A stretch of DNA of 64,000 nucleotides, taken from contig OZ024740.1 in the NCBI GenBank assembly GCA_964016885.1, positions 32,054,001-32,118,000 of the forward strand, written 5' to 3'. Each line of letters begins with the position of its first letter. Positions within the stretch are counted from its first letter, which is position 1. A program made the position numbers and the translations under genes. This DNA comes from Eledone cirrhosa. Lineage: Eukaryota. This document shows positions 15,001 through 30,000 of the stretch, piece after piece. The notes beneath the pieces are model-generated. The model was not told the DNA's origin and did no database searches. It saw only the letters and a program-made list of their open reading frames with translations.

Positions 15001-18000
15001 AACGTGGTTCTGAGTAATGAGAGGGTGATAGTATAGAACATGTTTCTGAGTAATGAGAGGGTGATAGTATAGAACATGGTTCTGTGTAATGAGAGGGTGA
15101 TAGTATAGAACATGGTTCTGTGTAATGAGAGGGTGATAGTATAGAACATGGTTCTAAGTAATGAGAGGATGATAGTATGGAACATGGTTCTGTGTAATGA
15201 GAGGATGATAGTATAGAACATGGTTCTGTGTAATGAGAGGATGATAGTATAGAACATGGTTCTGTGTAATGAGAGGGTGATAGTATAGAACATGGTTCTG
15301 TGTAATGAGAGGGTGATAGTATAGAACATGGTTTTGTGTAATGAGAGGGTGATAGTATAGAACATGGTTCTGTGTAATGAGAGGATGATAGTATAGAACA
15401 TGGTTCTGTGTAATGAGAGGGTGATAGTATAGAACATGGTTCTGTGTAATGAGAGGATGATAGTATAGAACATGGTTCTAAGTAATGAGAGGATGATAGT
15501 ATAGAACATGGTTCTGTGTAATGAGAGGATGATAGTATAGAACATGGTTCTGTGTAATGAGAGGGTCATAGTATAGAACATGGTTCTAAGTAATGAGAGG
15601 ATGATAGTATAGAACATGGTTCTGTGTAATGAGAGGATGATAGTATAGAACATGGTTCTGAGTAATGAGAGGGTGATAGTATAGAACCTGGTTCTGTGTA
15701 ATGAGAGGGTGATAGTATAGAACATGGTTCTGTGTAATGAGAGGATGATAGTATAGAACATTGTTCTGAGTAATGAGAGGATGATAGTATAGAACATGGT
15801 TCTGAGTAATGAGAGGGTGATAGTATAGAACATGGTTCTAAGTAATGAGAGGATGATAGTATAGAACATGGTTCTAAGTAATGAGAGGGTGATAGTATAG
15901 AACATGGTTCTAAGTAATGAGAGGGTGATAGTATAGAACATGGTTCTGTGTAATGAGAGGGCGATAGTATAGAACATGGTTCTGAGTAATGAGAGGGTGA
16001 TAGTATAGAACATGGTTCTGTGTAATGAGAGGGCGATAGTATAGAACATGGTTCTGAGTAATGAGAGGGTGATAGTATAGAACATGGTTCTGTGTAATGA
16101 GAGGGTGATAGTATAGAACATGGTTCTGTGTAATGAGAGGGTGATAGTATAGAACATGGTTCTGTGTAATGAGAGGATGATAGTATAGAACATGGTTCTG
16201 AGTAATGAGAGGGTGATAGTATAGAACATGGTTCTGAGTAATGAGAGGGTGATAGTATAGAACATGTTTCTGAGTAATGAGAGGGTGATAGTATAGAACA
16301 TGGTTCTGTGTAATGAGAGGGTGATAGTATAGAACATGGTTCTGTGTAATGAGAGGGTGATAGTATAGAACATGGTTCTAAGTAATGAGAGGGTGATAGT
16401 ATAGAACATGGTTCTGTGTAATGAGAGGATGATAGTATAGAACATGGTTCTGTGTAATGAGAGAGTGGTAGTATAGAACATGGTTCTGTGTAATGAGAGG
16501 GTGATAGTATAGAACATGGTTCTAAGTAATGAGAGGGTGATAGTATAGAACATGGTTCTGTGTAATGAGAGGATGATAGTATAGAACATGGTTCTGAGTA
16601 ATGAGAGGGTGATAGTATAGAACATGGTTCTGTGTAATGAGAGGGTGATAGTATAGAACATGGTTCTGAGTAATGAGAGGATGATAGTATAGAACATGGT
16701 TCTGTGTAATGAGAGGGTGATAGTATAGAACATGGTTCTGTGTAATGAGAGGATGATAGTATAGAACCTGGTTCTGTGTAATGAGAGGGTGATAGTATAG
16801 AACATGGTTCTGTGTAATGAGAGGATGATAGTATAGAACATGGTTCTAAGTAATGAGAGGGTGATAGTATATGACATGGTTCTAAGTAATGAGAGGATGA
16901 TAGTATAGAACATGGTTCTGTGTAATGAGAGGATGATAGTATAGAACATGGTTCTGAGTAATGAGAGGGTGATAGTATAGAACATGGTTCTGTGTAATGA
17001 GAGGATGATAGTATAGAACATGGTTCTGAGTAATGAGAGGATGATAGTATAGAACATGGTTCTGAGTAATGAGAGGGTGATAGTATAGAACATGGTTCTG
17101 TGTAATGAGAGGGTGATAGTATAGAACATGGTTCTGTGTAATGAGAGGGTGATAGTATAGAACATGGTTCTGTGTAATGAGAGGATGATAGTATAGAACA
17201 TGGTTCTGAGTAATGAGAGGGTGATAGTATAGAACCTGGTTCTGTGTAATGAGAGGATGATAGTATAGAACATGGTTCTGTGTAATGAGAGGGTGATAGT
17301 ATAGAACATGGTTCTGTGTAATGAGAGGATGATAGTATAGAACATGGTTCTAAGTAATGAGAGGGTGATAGTATAGAACATGGTTCTGAGTAATGAGAGG
17401 ATTATAGTATAGAACATGGTTCTGTGTAATGAGAGGGTGATAGTATAGAACATGGTTCTAAGTAATGAGAGGGTGATAGTATAGAACATGGTTCTGTGTA
17501 ATGAGAGTATGACAGTATAGAACATGGTTCTGAGTAATGAGAGGGTGATAGTATAGAACATGGTTCCGTGTAATGAGAGGGTGATAGTATAGAACATGGT
17601 TCTGAGTAATGAGAGGGTGATAGTATAGAACATGGTTCTGTGTAATGAGAGGATGATAGTATAGAACATGGTTCTGAGTAATGAGAGGGTGATAGTATAG
17701 AACATGGTTCTAAGTAATGAGAGGGTGATAGTATAGAACATGGTTCTAAGTAATTAGAGGGTGATAGTATAGAACATGGTTCTAAGTAATGAGAGGGTGA
17801 TAGTATAGAACATGGTTCTGTGTAATGAGAGGATGATAGTATAGAACATGGTTCTGTGTAATGAGAGTATGATAGTATAGAACATGGTTCTGAGTAATGA
17901 GAGGATGATAGTATAGAACATGGTTCTGTGTAATGAGAGGGTGATAGTATAGAACATGGTTCTAAGTAATGAGAGGGTGATAGTATAGAACATGGTTCTG

Positions 18001-21000
18001 AGTAATGAGAGGGTGATAGTATAGAACATGGTTCTGAGTAATGAGAGGGTGATAGTATAGAACATGGTTCTGTGTAATGAGAGGATGATAGTATAGAACA
18101 TGGTTCTGTGTAATGAGAGGATGATAGTATAGAACATGGTTCTGTGTAATGAGAGGGTGATAGTATAGAACATGGTTCTGTGTAATGAGAGGGTGATAGT
18201 ATAGAACATGGTTTTGTGTAATGAGAGGGTGATAGTATAGAACATGGTTCTGTGTAATGAGAGGATGATAGTATAGAACATGGTTCTGTGTAATGAGAGG
18301 GTGATAGTATAGAACATGGTTCTGTGTAATGAGAGGATGATAGTATAGAACATGGTTCTGTGTAATGAGAGGGTGATAGTATAGAACATGGTTCTAAGTA
18401 ATGAGAGGATGATAGTATAGAACATGGTTCTAAGTAATGAGAGGATGATAGTATAGAACATGGTTCTAAGTAATGAGAGGGTGATAGTATAGAACATGGT
18501 TCTGTGTAATGAGAGGGTGATAGTATAGAACATGGTTCTGTGTAATGAGAGGATGATAGTATAGAACATGGTTCTGTGTAATGAGAGGATGATAGTATAG
18601 AACATGGTTCTGAGTAATGAGAGGGTGATAGTATAGAACCTGGTTCTGTGTAATGAGAGGGTGATAGTATAGAACATGGTTCTGTGTAATGAGAGGGTGA
18701 TAGTATAGAACATGGTTCTGAGTAATGAGAGGGTGATAGTATAGAACATGGTTCTGTGTAATGAGAGGATGATAGTATAGAACATGGTTCTAAGTAATGA
18801 GAGGGTGATAGTATAGAACATGGTTCTGTGTAATGAGAGGGTGATAGTATAGAACATGGTTCTGTGTAATGAGAGGGTGATAGTATAGAACATGGTTCTG
18901 TGTAATGAGAGGATGATAGTATAGAACATGGTTCTCAGTAATGAGAGGGTGATAGTATAGAACATGGTTCTGAGTAATGAGAGGGTGATAGTATAGAACA
19001 TGTTTCTGAGTAATGAGAGGGTGATAGTATAGAACATGGTTCTGTGTAATGAGAGGGTGATAGTATAGAACATGGTTCTGTGTAATGAGAGGGTGATAGT
19101 ATAGAACATGGTTCTAAGTAATGAGAGGATGATAGTATAGAACATGGTTCTGTGTAATGAGAGGATGATAGTATAGAACATGGTTCTGTGTAATGAGAGG
19201 ATGATAGTATAGAACATGGTTCTGTGTAATGAGAGGGTGATAGTATAGAACATGGTTCAGTGTAATGAGAGGGTGATAGTATAGAACATGGTTTTGTGTA
19301 ATGAGAGGGTGATAGTATAGAACATGGTTCTGTGTAATGAGAGGATGATAGTATAGAACATGGTTCTGTGTAATGAGAGGGTGATAGTATAGAACATGGT
19401 TCTGTGTAATGAGAGGATGATAGTATAGAACATGGTTCTGTGTAATGAGAGGGTGATAGTATAGAACATGGTTCTGAGTAAGGAGAGGATGATAGTATAG
19501 AACATGGTTCTAAGTAATGAGAGGGTGATAGTATAGAACATGGTTCTAAGTAATGAGAGGGTGATAGTATAGAACATGGTTCTGAGTAATGAGAGGGTGA
19601 TAGTATAGAACATGGTTCTGTGTAAAGAGAGGGTGATAGTATAGAACATGGTTCTGTGTAATGAGAGGGTGATAGTATAGAACATGGTTCTGTGTAATGA
19701 GAGGGTGATAGTATAGAACATGGTTCTGTGTAATGAGAGGATGATAGTATAGAACATGGTTCTGAGTAATGAGAGGGTGATAGTATAGAACCTGGTTCTG
19801 TGTAATGAGAGGGTGATAGTATAGAACATGGTTCTGTGTAATGAGAGGATGATAGTATAGAACATTGTTCTGAGTAATGAGAGGATGATAGTATAGAACA
19901 TGGTTCTGAGTAATGAGAGGGTGATAGTATAGAACATGGTTCTAAGTAATGAGAGGATGATAGTATAGAACATGGTTCTAAGTAATGAGAGGGTGATAGT
20001 ATAGAACATGGTTCTGAGTAATGAGAGGATGATAGTATAGAACATTGTTCTGAGTAATGAGAGGATGATAGTATAGAACATGGTTCTGAGTAATGAGAGG
20101 GTGATAGTATATAACATGGTTCTAAGTAATGAGAGGATGATAGTATAGAACATGGTCCTAAGTAATGAGAGGGTGATAGTATAGAACATGGTTCTAAGTA
20201 ATGAGTGGATGATAATATAGAACATGGTTCTGTGTAATGAGAGGGTGATAGTATAGAACATGGTTCTAAGTAATGAGAGGGTGATAGTATAGAACATGGT
20301 TCTGAGTAATGAGAGGGTGATAGTATAGAACATGGTTCTGAGTAATGAGAGGGTGATAGTATAGAACATGGTTCTGTGTAATGAGAGGATGATAGTATAG
20401 AACATGGTTCTGTGTAATGAGAGGGTGATAGTATAGAACATGGTTCTAAGTAATGAGAGGGTGATAGTATAGAACATGGTTCTGTGTAATGAGAGTATGA
20501 TAGTATAGAACATGGTTCTGAGTAATGAGAGGGTGATAGTATAGAACATGGTTCTAAGTAATTAGAGGGTGATAGTATAGAACATGGTTCTGAGTAATGA
20601 GAGGGTGATAGTATAGAACATGGTTCTGAGTAATGAGAGGGTGATAGTATAGAACATGGTTCTGTGTAATGAGAGGGTGATAGTATAGAACATGTTTCTG
20701 TGTAATGAGAGGGTGATAGTATAGAACATGTTTCTGTGTAATGAGAGGGTGATAGTATAGAACATGGTTCTGTGTAATGAGAGGGTGATAGTATAGATAT
20801 GGTTCTGAGTAATGAGAGGGTGATAGTATAGAACATGGTTCTGTGTAATGAGAGGATGATAGTATAGAACATGGTTCTGTGTAATGAGAGGGTGATAGTA
20901 TAGAACATGGTTCTGTGTAATGAGAGGATGATAGTATAGAACATGGTTCTGAGTAATGAGAGGATGATAGTATAGAACATGGTTCTGTGTAATGAGAGGG

Positions 21001-24000
21001 TGATAGTATAGAACATGGTTCTGAGTAATGAGAGGGTGATAGTATAGAACATGGTTCTGTGTAATGAGAGGGTGATAGTATAGAACATGGTTCTGTGTAA
21101 TGAGAGGATGATAGTATAGAACAAGGTTCTGTGTAATGAGAGGGTGATAGTATAGAACATGGTTCTAAGTAATGAGAGGATGATAGTACAGAACATGGTT
21201 CTGTGTAATGAGAGGGTGATAGTATAGAACATGGTTCTGTGTAATGAGAGGGTGATAGTATAGAACATGGTTCTGTGTAATGAGAGGGTGATAGTATAGA
21301 ACATGGTTCTGTGTAATGAGAGAGTGATAGTATAGAACATGGTTCTGTGTAATGAGAGGGTGATAGTATAGAACATGGTTCTAAGTAATGAGAGGGTGAT
21401 AGTATAGAACATGGTTCTGTGTAATGAGAGGATGATAGTACAGAACATGGTTCTGAGTAATGAGAGGTTGATAGTATAGAACATGGTTCTGTGTAATGAG
21501 AGGATGATAGTATAGAACATGGTTCTGTGTAATGAGAGTATGATAGTATAGAACATGGTTCTGAGTAATGAGAGGATGATAGTATAGAACATGGTTCTGT
21601 GTAATGAGAGGGTGATAGTATAGAACATGGTTCTAAGTAATGAGAGGGTGATAGTATAGAACATGGTTCTGTGTAATGAGAGGATGATAGTACAGAACAT
21701 GGTTCTGAATAATGAGAGGGTGATAGTATAGAACATGGTTCTGTGTAATGAGAGGATGATAGTATAGAACATGGTTCTGTGTAATGAGAGGATGATAGTA
21801 TAGAACATGGTTCTGTGTAATGAGAGGGTGATAGTATAGAACATGGTTCTTTGTAATGAGAGGATGATAGTATAGAACATGGTTCTGAGTAATGAGAGGG
21901 TGATAGTATAGAACATGGTTCTGTGTAATGAGAGGATGATAGTATAGAACATGGTTCTGTGTAATGAGAGGGTGATAGTATAGAACATGGTTCTGTGTAA
22001 TGAGAGGATGATAGTATAGAACATAGTTCTGTGTAATGAGAGGGTGATAGTATAGAACATGGTTCTGTGTAATGAGAGGATGATAGTATAGAACATGGTT
22101 CTAAGTAATGAGAAGATGATAGTATAGAACATGGTTCTGTGTAATGAGAGGATGATAGTATAGAACATGGTTCTGTGTAATGAGAGGGTGATAGTATAGA
22201 ACATGGTTCTAAGTAATGAGAGGATGATAGTATAGAACATGGTTCTGTGTAATGAGAGGATGATAGTATAGAACATGGTTCTGAGTAATGAGAGGGTGAT
22301 AGTATAGAACCTGGTTCTGTGTAATGAGAGGGTGATAGTATAGAACATGGTTCTGTGTAATGAGAGGCTGATAGTATAGAACATTGTTCTGAGTAATGAG
22401 AGGATGATAGTATAGAACATGGTTCTGAGTAATGAGAGGGTGATAGTATAGAACATTGTTCTAAGTAATGAGAGGATGATAGTATAGAACATGGTTCTAA
22501 GTAATGAGAGGGTGATAGTATAGAACATGGTTCTAAGTAATGAGAGGGTGATAGTATAGAACATGGTTCTGTGTAATGAGAGGGTGATAGTATAGAACAT
22601 GGTTCTGAGTAATGAGAGGGTGATAGTATAGAACATGGTTCTGTGTAATGAGAGGATGATAGTATAGAACATGGTTCTGTGTAATGAGAGTATGATAGTA
22701 TAGAACATGTTTCTGTGTAATGAGAGGGTGTAAGTATAGAACATGGTTCCGTGTAATGAGACGGTGATAGTATAGAACATGGTTCTGAGTAATGAGAGGG
22801 TGATAGTATAGAACATGTTTCTGAGTAATGAGAGGGTGATAGTATAGAACATGGTTCTGTGTAATGAGAGGGTGATAGTATAGAACATGGTTCTGTGTAA
22901 TGAGAGGGTGATAGTATAGAACATGGTTCTGTGTAATGAGAGGAGTGATAGTATAGAACATGGTTCTGTGTAATGAGAGGATGATAGTATAGAACATGGT
23001 TCTGTGTAATGAGAGGATGATAGTATAGAACATGGTTCTGTGTAATGAGAGGGTGATAGTATAGAACATGGTTCTGTGTAATGAGAGGGTGATAGTATAG
23101 AACATGGTTTGTGTAATGAGAGGGTGATAGTATAGAACATGGTTCTGTGTAATGAGAGGATGATAGTATAGAACATGGTTCTGTGTAATGAGAGGATGAT
23201 AGTATAGAACATGGTTCTGAGTAATGAGAGGATGATAGTATAGAACATGGTTCTGAGTATGAAGAGGGTGATAGTATAGAACATGGTTCTAAGTAATGAG
23301 AGGCGTGATAGTATAGAACATGGTTCTAAGTAATGAGAGGGTGATAGTATAGAACATGGTTCTGTGTAATGAGAGGATGATAGTATAGAAACATGGTTCT
23401 GTGTAATGAGAGGGTGATAGTATAGAACATGGTTCTGTGTAATGAGAGGATGATAGTATAGAACATGGTTCTAAGTAATGAGAGGATGATAGTATAACAT
23501 GGTTCTGTGTAATGAGAGGATGATAGTATAGAACATGGTTCTGTGTAATGAGAGGGTGATAGTGTAGAACATGGTTCTAAGTAATGAGAGGATGATAGTA
23601 TAGAACATGGTTCTGTGTAATGAGAGGATGATAGTATAGAACATGGTTCTGAGTAATGAGAGGGTGATAGTATAGAACCTGGTTCTGTGTAATGAGAGGG
23701 TGATAGTATAGAACATGGTTCTGTGTAATGAGAGGATGATAGTATAGAACATTGTTCTGAGTAATGAGAGGATGATAGTATAGAACATGGTTCTGAGTAA
23801 TGAGACGGTGATAGTATAGAACATGGTTCTAAGTAATGAGAGGATGATAGTATAGAACATGGTTCTAAGTAATGAGAGGGTGATAGTATAGAACATGATT
23901 CTAAGTAATGAGAGGGTGATAGTATAGAACATGGTTCTGAGTAATGAGAGGGTGATAGTGTAGAACATGGTTCTAAGTAATGAGAGGATGATAGTATAGA

Positions 24001-27000
24001 ACATGGTTCTAAGTAATGAGAGGGTGATAGTATAGAACATGATTCTAAGTAATGAGAGGGTGATAGTATAGAACATGCTTCTGTGTAATGAGAGGATGAT
24101 AGTATAGAACATGGTTCTGTGTAATGAGAGGGTGATAGTATAGAACATGGTTCTGTGTAATGAGAGGGTGATAGTATAGAACATGGTTCTGTGTAATGAG
24201 AGGGTGATAGTATAGAACATGGTTCTGTGTAATGAGAGGATGATAGTATAGAACATGGTTCTGAGTAATGAGAGGGTGATAGTATAGAACATGGTTCTGA
24301 GTAATGAGAGGGTGATAGTATAGAACATGTTTCTGAGTAATGAGAGGGTGATAGTATAGAACATGGTTCTGTGTAATGAGAGGGTGATAGTATAGAACAT
24401 GGTTCTGTGTAATGAGAGGGTGATAGTATAGAACATGGTTCTAAGTAATGAGAGGGTGATAGTATAGAACATGGTTCTGTGTAATGAGAGGATGATAGTA
24501 TAGAACATGGTTCTGTGTAATGAGAGAGTGGTAGTATAGAACATGGTTCTGTGTAATGAGAGGGTGATAGTATAGAACATGGTTCTAAGTAATGAGAGGG
24601 TGATAGTATAGAACATGGTTCTGTGTAATGAGAGGATGATAGTATAGAACATGGTTCTGAGTAATGAGAGGGTGATAGTATAGAACATGGTTCTGTGTAA
24701 TGAGACGATGATAGTATAGAACATGGTTCTGTGTAATGAGAGGGTGATAGTATAGAACATGGTTCTGTGTAATGAGAGGATGATAGTATAGAACATGGTT
24801 CTGTGTAATGAGAGGGTGATAGTATAGAACATGGTTCTGTGTAATGAGAGGATGATAGTATAGAACATGGTTCTAAGTAATGAGAGGATGATAGTATAGA
24901 ACATGGTTCTGTGTAATGAGAGGATGATAGTATAGAACATGGTTCTGTGTAATGAGAGGGTGATAGTATAGAACATGGTTCTAAGTAATGAGAGGATGAT
25001 AGTATAGAACATGGTTCTGTGTAATGAGAGGATGATAGTATAGAACATGGTTCTGTGTAATGAGAGGGTGATAGTATAGAACCTGGTTCTGTGTAATGAG
25101 AGGGTGATAGTATAGAACATGGTTCTGTGTAATGAGAGGATGATAGTATAGAACATTGTTCTGAGTAATGAGAGGATGATAGTATAGAACATGGTTCTGA
25201 GTAATGAGAGGGTGATAGTATAGAACATTGTTCTAAGTAATGAGAGGATGATAGTATAGAACATGGTTCTAAGTAATGAGAGGGTGATAGTATAGAACAT
25301 GGTTCTAAGTAATGAGAGGGTGATAGTATAGAACATGGTTCTGTGTAATGAGAGGGTGATAGTATAGAACATGGTTCTGAGTAATGAGAGGGTGATAGTA
25401 TAGAACATGGTTCTGTGTAATGAGAGGATGATAGTATAGAACATGGTTCTAAGTAATGAGAGGGTGATAGTATAGAACATGGTTCTGTGTAATGAGAGGA
25501 TGATAGTATAGAACATGGTTCTGTGTAATGAGAGTATGATAGTATAGAACATGGTTCTGAGTAATGAGAGGGTGATAGTATAGAACATGGTTCCGTGTAA
25601 TGAGACGGTGATAGTATAGAACATGGTTCTGAGTAATGAGAGGGTGATAGTATAGAACATGTTTCTGAGTAATGAGAGGGTGATAGTATAGAACATGGTT
25701 CTGTGTAATGAGAGGGTGATAGTATAGAACATGGTTCTGTGTAATGAGAGGGTGATAGTATAGAACATGGTTCTAAGTAATGAGAGGATGATAGTATAGA
25801 ACATGGTTCTGTGTAATGAGAGGATGATAGTATAGAACATGGTTCTGTGTAATGAGAGGATGATAGTATAGAACATGGTTCTGTGTAATGAGAGGATGAT
25901 AGTATAGAACATGGTTCTGTGTAATGAGAGGGTGATAGTATAGAACATGGTTCTGTGTAATGAGAGGATGATAGTATAGAACATGGTTCTAAGTAATGAG
26001 AGGGTGATAGTATAGAACATGGTTCTGTGTAATGAGAGGGTGATAGTATAGAACATGGTTCTGTGTAATGAGAGGGTCATAGTATGGAACATGGTTCTAA
26101 GTAATGAGAGGATGATAGTATAGAACATGGTTCTGTGTAATGAGAGGATGATAGTATAGAACATGGTTCTGAGTAATGAGAGGGTGATAGTATAGAACCT
26201 GGTTCTGTGTAATGAGAGGGTGATAGTATAGAACATGGTTCTGTGTAATGAGAGGATGATAGTATAGAACATTGTTCTGAGTAATGAGAGGATGATAGTA
26301 TAGAACATGGTTCTGAGTAATGAGAGGGTGATAGTATAGAACATGGTTCTAAGTAATGAGAGGATGATAGTATAGAACATGGTTCTAAGTAATGAGAGGG
26401 TGATAGTATAGAACATGGTTCTAAGTAATGAGAGGGTGATAGTATAGAACATGGTTCTGTGTAATGAGAGGGTGATAGTATAGAACATGGTTCTGAGTAA
26501 TGAGAGGGTGATAGTATAGAACATGGTTCTGTGTAATGAGAGGGTGATAGTATAGAACATGCTTCTGTGTAATGAGAGGATGATAGTATAGAACATGGTT
26601 CTGTGTAATGAGAGGGTGATAGTATAGAACATGGTTCTGTGTAATGAGAGGGTGATAGTATAGAACATGGTTCTGTGTAATGAGAGGGTGATAGTATAGA
26701 ACATGGTTCTGTGTAATGAGAGGATGATAGTATAGAACATGGTTCTGAGTAATGAGAGGGTGATAGTATAGAACATGGTTCTGAGTAATGAGAGGGTGAT
26801 AGTATAGAACATGTTTCTGAGTAATGAGAGGGTGATAGTATAGAACATGGTTCTGTGTAATGAGAGGGTGATAGTATAGAACATGGTTCTGTGTAATGAG
26901 AGGGTGATAGTATAGAACATGGTTCTAAGTAATGAGAGGGTGATAGTATAGAACATGGTTCTGTGTAATGAGAGGATGATAGTATAGAACATGGTTCTGT

Positions 27001-30000
27001 GTAATGAGAGGGTGATAGTATAGAACATGGTTCTAAGTAATGAGAGGGTGATAGTATAGAACATGGTTCTGTGTAATGAGAGGATGATAGTATAGAACAT
27101 GGTTCTGAGTAATGAGAGGGTGATAGTATAGAACATGGTTCTGTGTAATGAGAGGGTGATAGTATAGAACATGGTTCTGAGTAATGAGAGGATGATAGTA
27201 TAGAACATGGTTCTGTGTAATGAGAGGGTGATAGTATAGAACATGGTTCTGTGTAATGAGAGGATGATAGTATAGAACATGGTTCTGTGTAATGAGAGGG
27301 TGATAGTATAGAACATGGTTCTGCGTAATGAGAGGATGATACTATAGAACATGGTTCTGTGTAATGAGAGGGTGATAGTATAGAACATGGTTCTGTGTAA
27401 TGAGAGGATGATAGTATAGAACATGGTTCTAAGTAATGAGAGGGTGATAGTATAGAACATGGTTCTAAGTAATGAGAGGATGATAGTATAGAACATGGTT
27501 CTGTGTAATGAGAGGATGATAGTATAGAACATGGTTCTGAGTAATGAGAGGGTGATAGTATAGAACATGGTTCTGTGTAATGAGAGGATGATAGTATAGA
27601 ACATGGTTCTGAGTAATGAGAGGATGATAGTATAGAACATGGTTCTGAGTAATGAGAGGGTGATAGTATAGAACATGGTTCTGTGTAATGAGAGGGTGAT
27701 AGTATAGAACATGGTTCTGTGTAATGAGAGGGTGATAGTATAGAACATGGTTGGGTGTAATGAGAGGATGATAGTATAGAACATGGTTCTGAGTAATGAG
27801 AGGGTGATAGTATAGAACCTGGTTCTGTGTAATGAGAGGATGATAGTATAGAACATGGTTCTGTGTAATGAGAGGATGATAGTATAGAACATTGTTCTGA
27901 GTAATGAGAGGATGATAGTATAGAACATGGTTCTGAGTAATGAGAGGGTGATAGTATATAACATGGTTCTAAGTAATGAGAGGATGATAGTATAGAACAT
28001 GGTCCTAAGTAATGAGAGGGTGATATTATAGAACATGGTTCTAAGTAATGAGAGGGTGATAGTATAGAACATGGTTCTGAGTAATGAGAGGGTGATAGTA
28101 TAGAACATGGTTCTGAGTAATGAGAGGGTGATAGTATAGAACATGGTTCTGTGTAATGAGAGGATGATAGTATAGAACATGGTTCTAAGTAATGAGAGGG
28201 TGATAGTATAGAACATGGTTCTAAGTAATGAGAGGGTGATAGTATAGAACATGGTTCTGTGTAATGAGAGTATGATAGTATAGAACATGGTTCTGAGTAA
28301 TGAGAGGGTGATAGTATAGAACATGGTTCCGTGTAATGAGAGGGTGATAGTATAGAACATGGTTCTGAGTAATGAGAGGGTGATAGTATAGAACATGGTT
28401 CTGTGTAATGAGAGGATGATAGTATAGAACATGGTTCTGAGTAATGAGAGGGTGATAGTATAGAACATGGTTCTAAGTAATGAGAGGGTGATAGTATAGA
28501 ACATGGTTCTAAGTAATTAGAGGGTGATAGTATAGACCATGGTTCTGAGTAATGAGAGGGTGATAGTATAGAACATGGTTCTGAGTAATGAGAGGGTGAT
28601 AGTATAGAACATGGTTCTGTGTAATGAGAGGGTGATAGTATAGAACATGGTTCTAAGTAATGAGAGGGTGATAGTATAGAACATGGTTCTGTGTAATGAG
28701 AGGATGATAGTATAGAACATGGTTCTGTGTAATGAGAGTATGATAGTATAGAACATGGTTCTGTGTAATGAGAGGATGATAGTACAGAACATGGTTCTGA
28801 GTAATGAGAGGGTGATAGTATAGAACATGGTTCTGTGTAATGAGAGGATGATAGTATAGAACATGGTTCTGTGTAATGAGAGGATGATAGTATAGAACAT
28901 GGTTCTGTGTAATGAGAGGGTGATAGTATAGAACATGGTTCTGTGTAATGAGAGGGTGATAGTATAGAACATGGTTTTGTGTAATGAGAGGGTGATAGTA
29001 TAGAACATGGTTCTGTGTAATGAGAGGATGATAGTATAGAACATGGTTCTGTGTAATGAGAGGGTGATAGTATAGAACATGGTTCTGTGTAATGAGAGGA
29101 TGATAGTATAGAACATGGTTCTGTGTAATGAGAGGGTGATAGTATAGAACATGGTTCTGTGTAATGAGAGGATGATAGTATAGAACATGGTTCTAAGTAA
29201 TGAGAGGATGATAGTATAGAACATGGTTCTAAGTAATGAGAGGATGATAGTATAGAACATGGTTCTGTGTAATGAGAGGGTGATAGTATAGAACATGGTT
29301 CTAAGTAATGAGAGGATGATAGTATAGAACATGGTTCTGTGTAATGAGAGGATGATAGTATAGAACATGGTTCTGAGTAATGAGAGGGTGATAGTATAGA
29401 ACCTGGTTCTGTGTAATGAGAGGGTGATAGTATAGAACATGGTTCTGTGTAATGAGAGGGTGATAGTATAGAACATGGTTCTGAGTAATGAGAGGGTGAT
29501 AGTATAGAACATGGTTCTGTGTAATGAGAGGATGATAGTATAGAACATGGTTCTAAGTAATGAGAGGGTGATAGTAGAGAACATGGTTCTGTGTAATGAG
29601 AGGGTGATAGTATGGAACATGGTTCTGTGTAATGAGAGGGTGATAGTATAGAACATGGTTCTGTGTAATGAGAGGATGATAGTATAGAACATGGTTCTGA
29701 GTAATGAGAGGGTGATAGTATAGAACATGGTTCTGAGTAATGAGAGGTTGATAGTATAGAACATGTTTCTGAGTAATGAGAGGGTGATAGTATAGAACAT
29801 GGTTCTGTGTAATGAGAGGGTGATAGTATAGAACATGGTTCTGTGTAATGAGAGGGTGATAGTATAGAACATGGTTCTAAGTAATGAGAGGATGATAGTA
29901 TAGAACATGGTTCTGTGTAATGAGAGGATGATAGTATAGAACATGGTTCTGTGTAATGAGAGGATGATAGTATAGAACATGGTTCTGTGTAATGAGAGGG

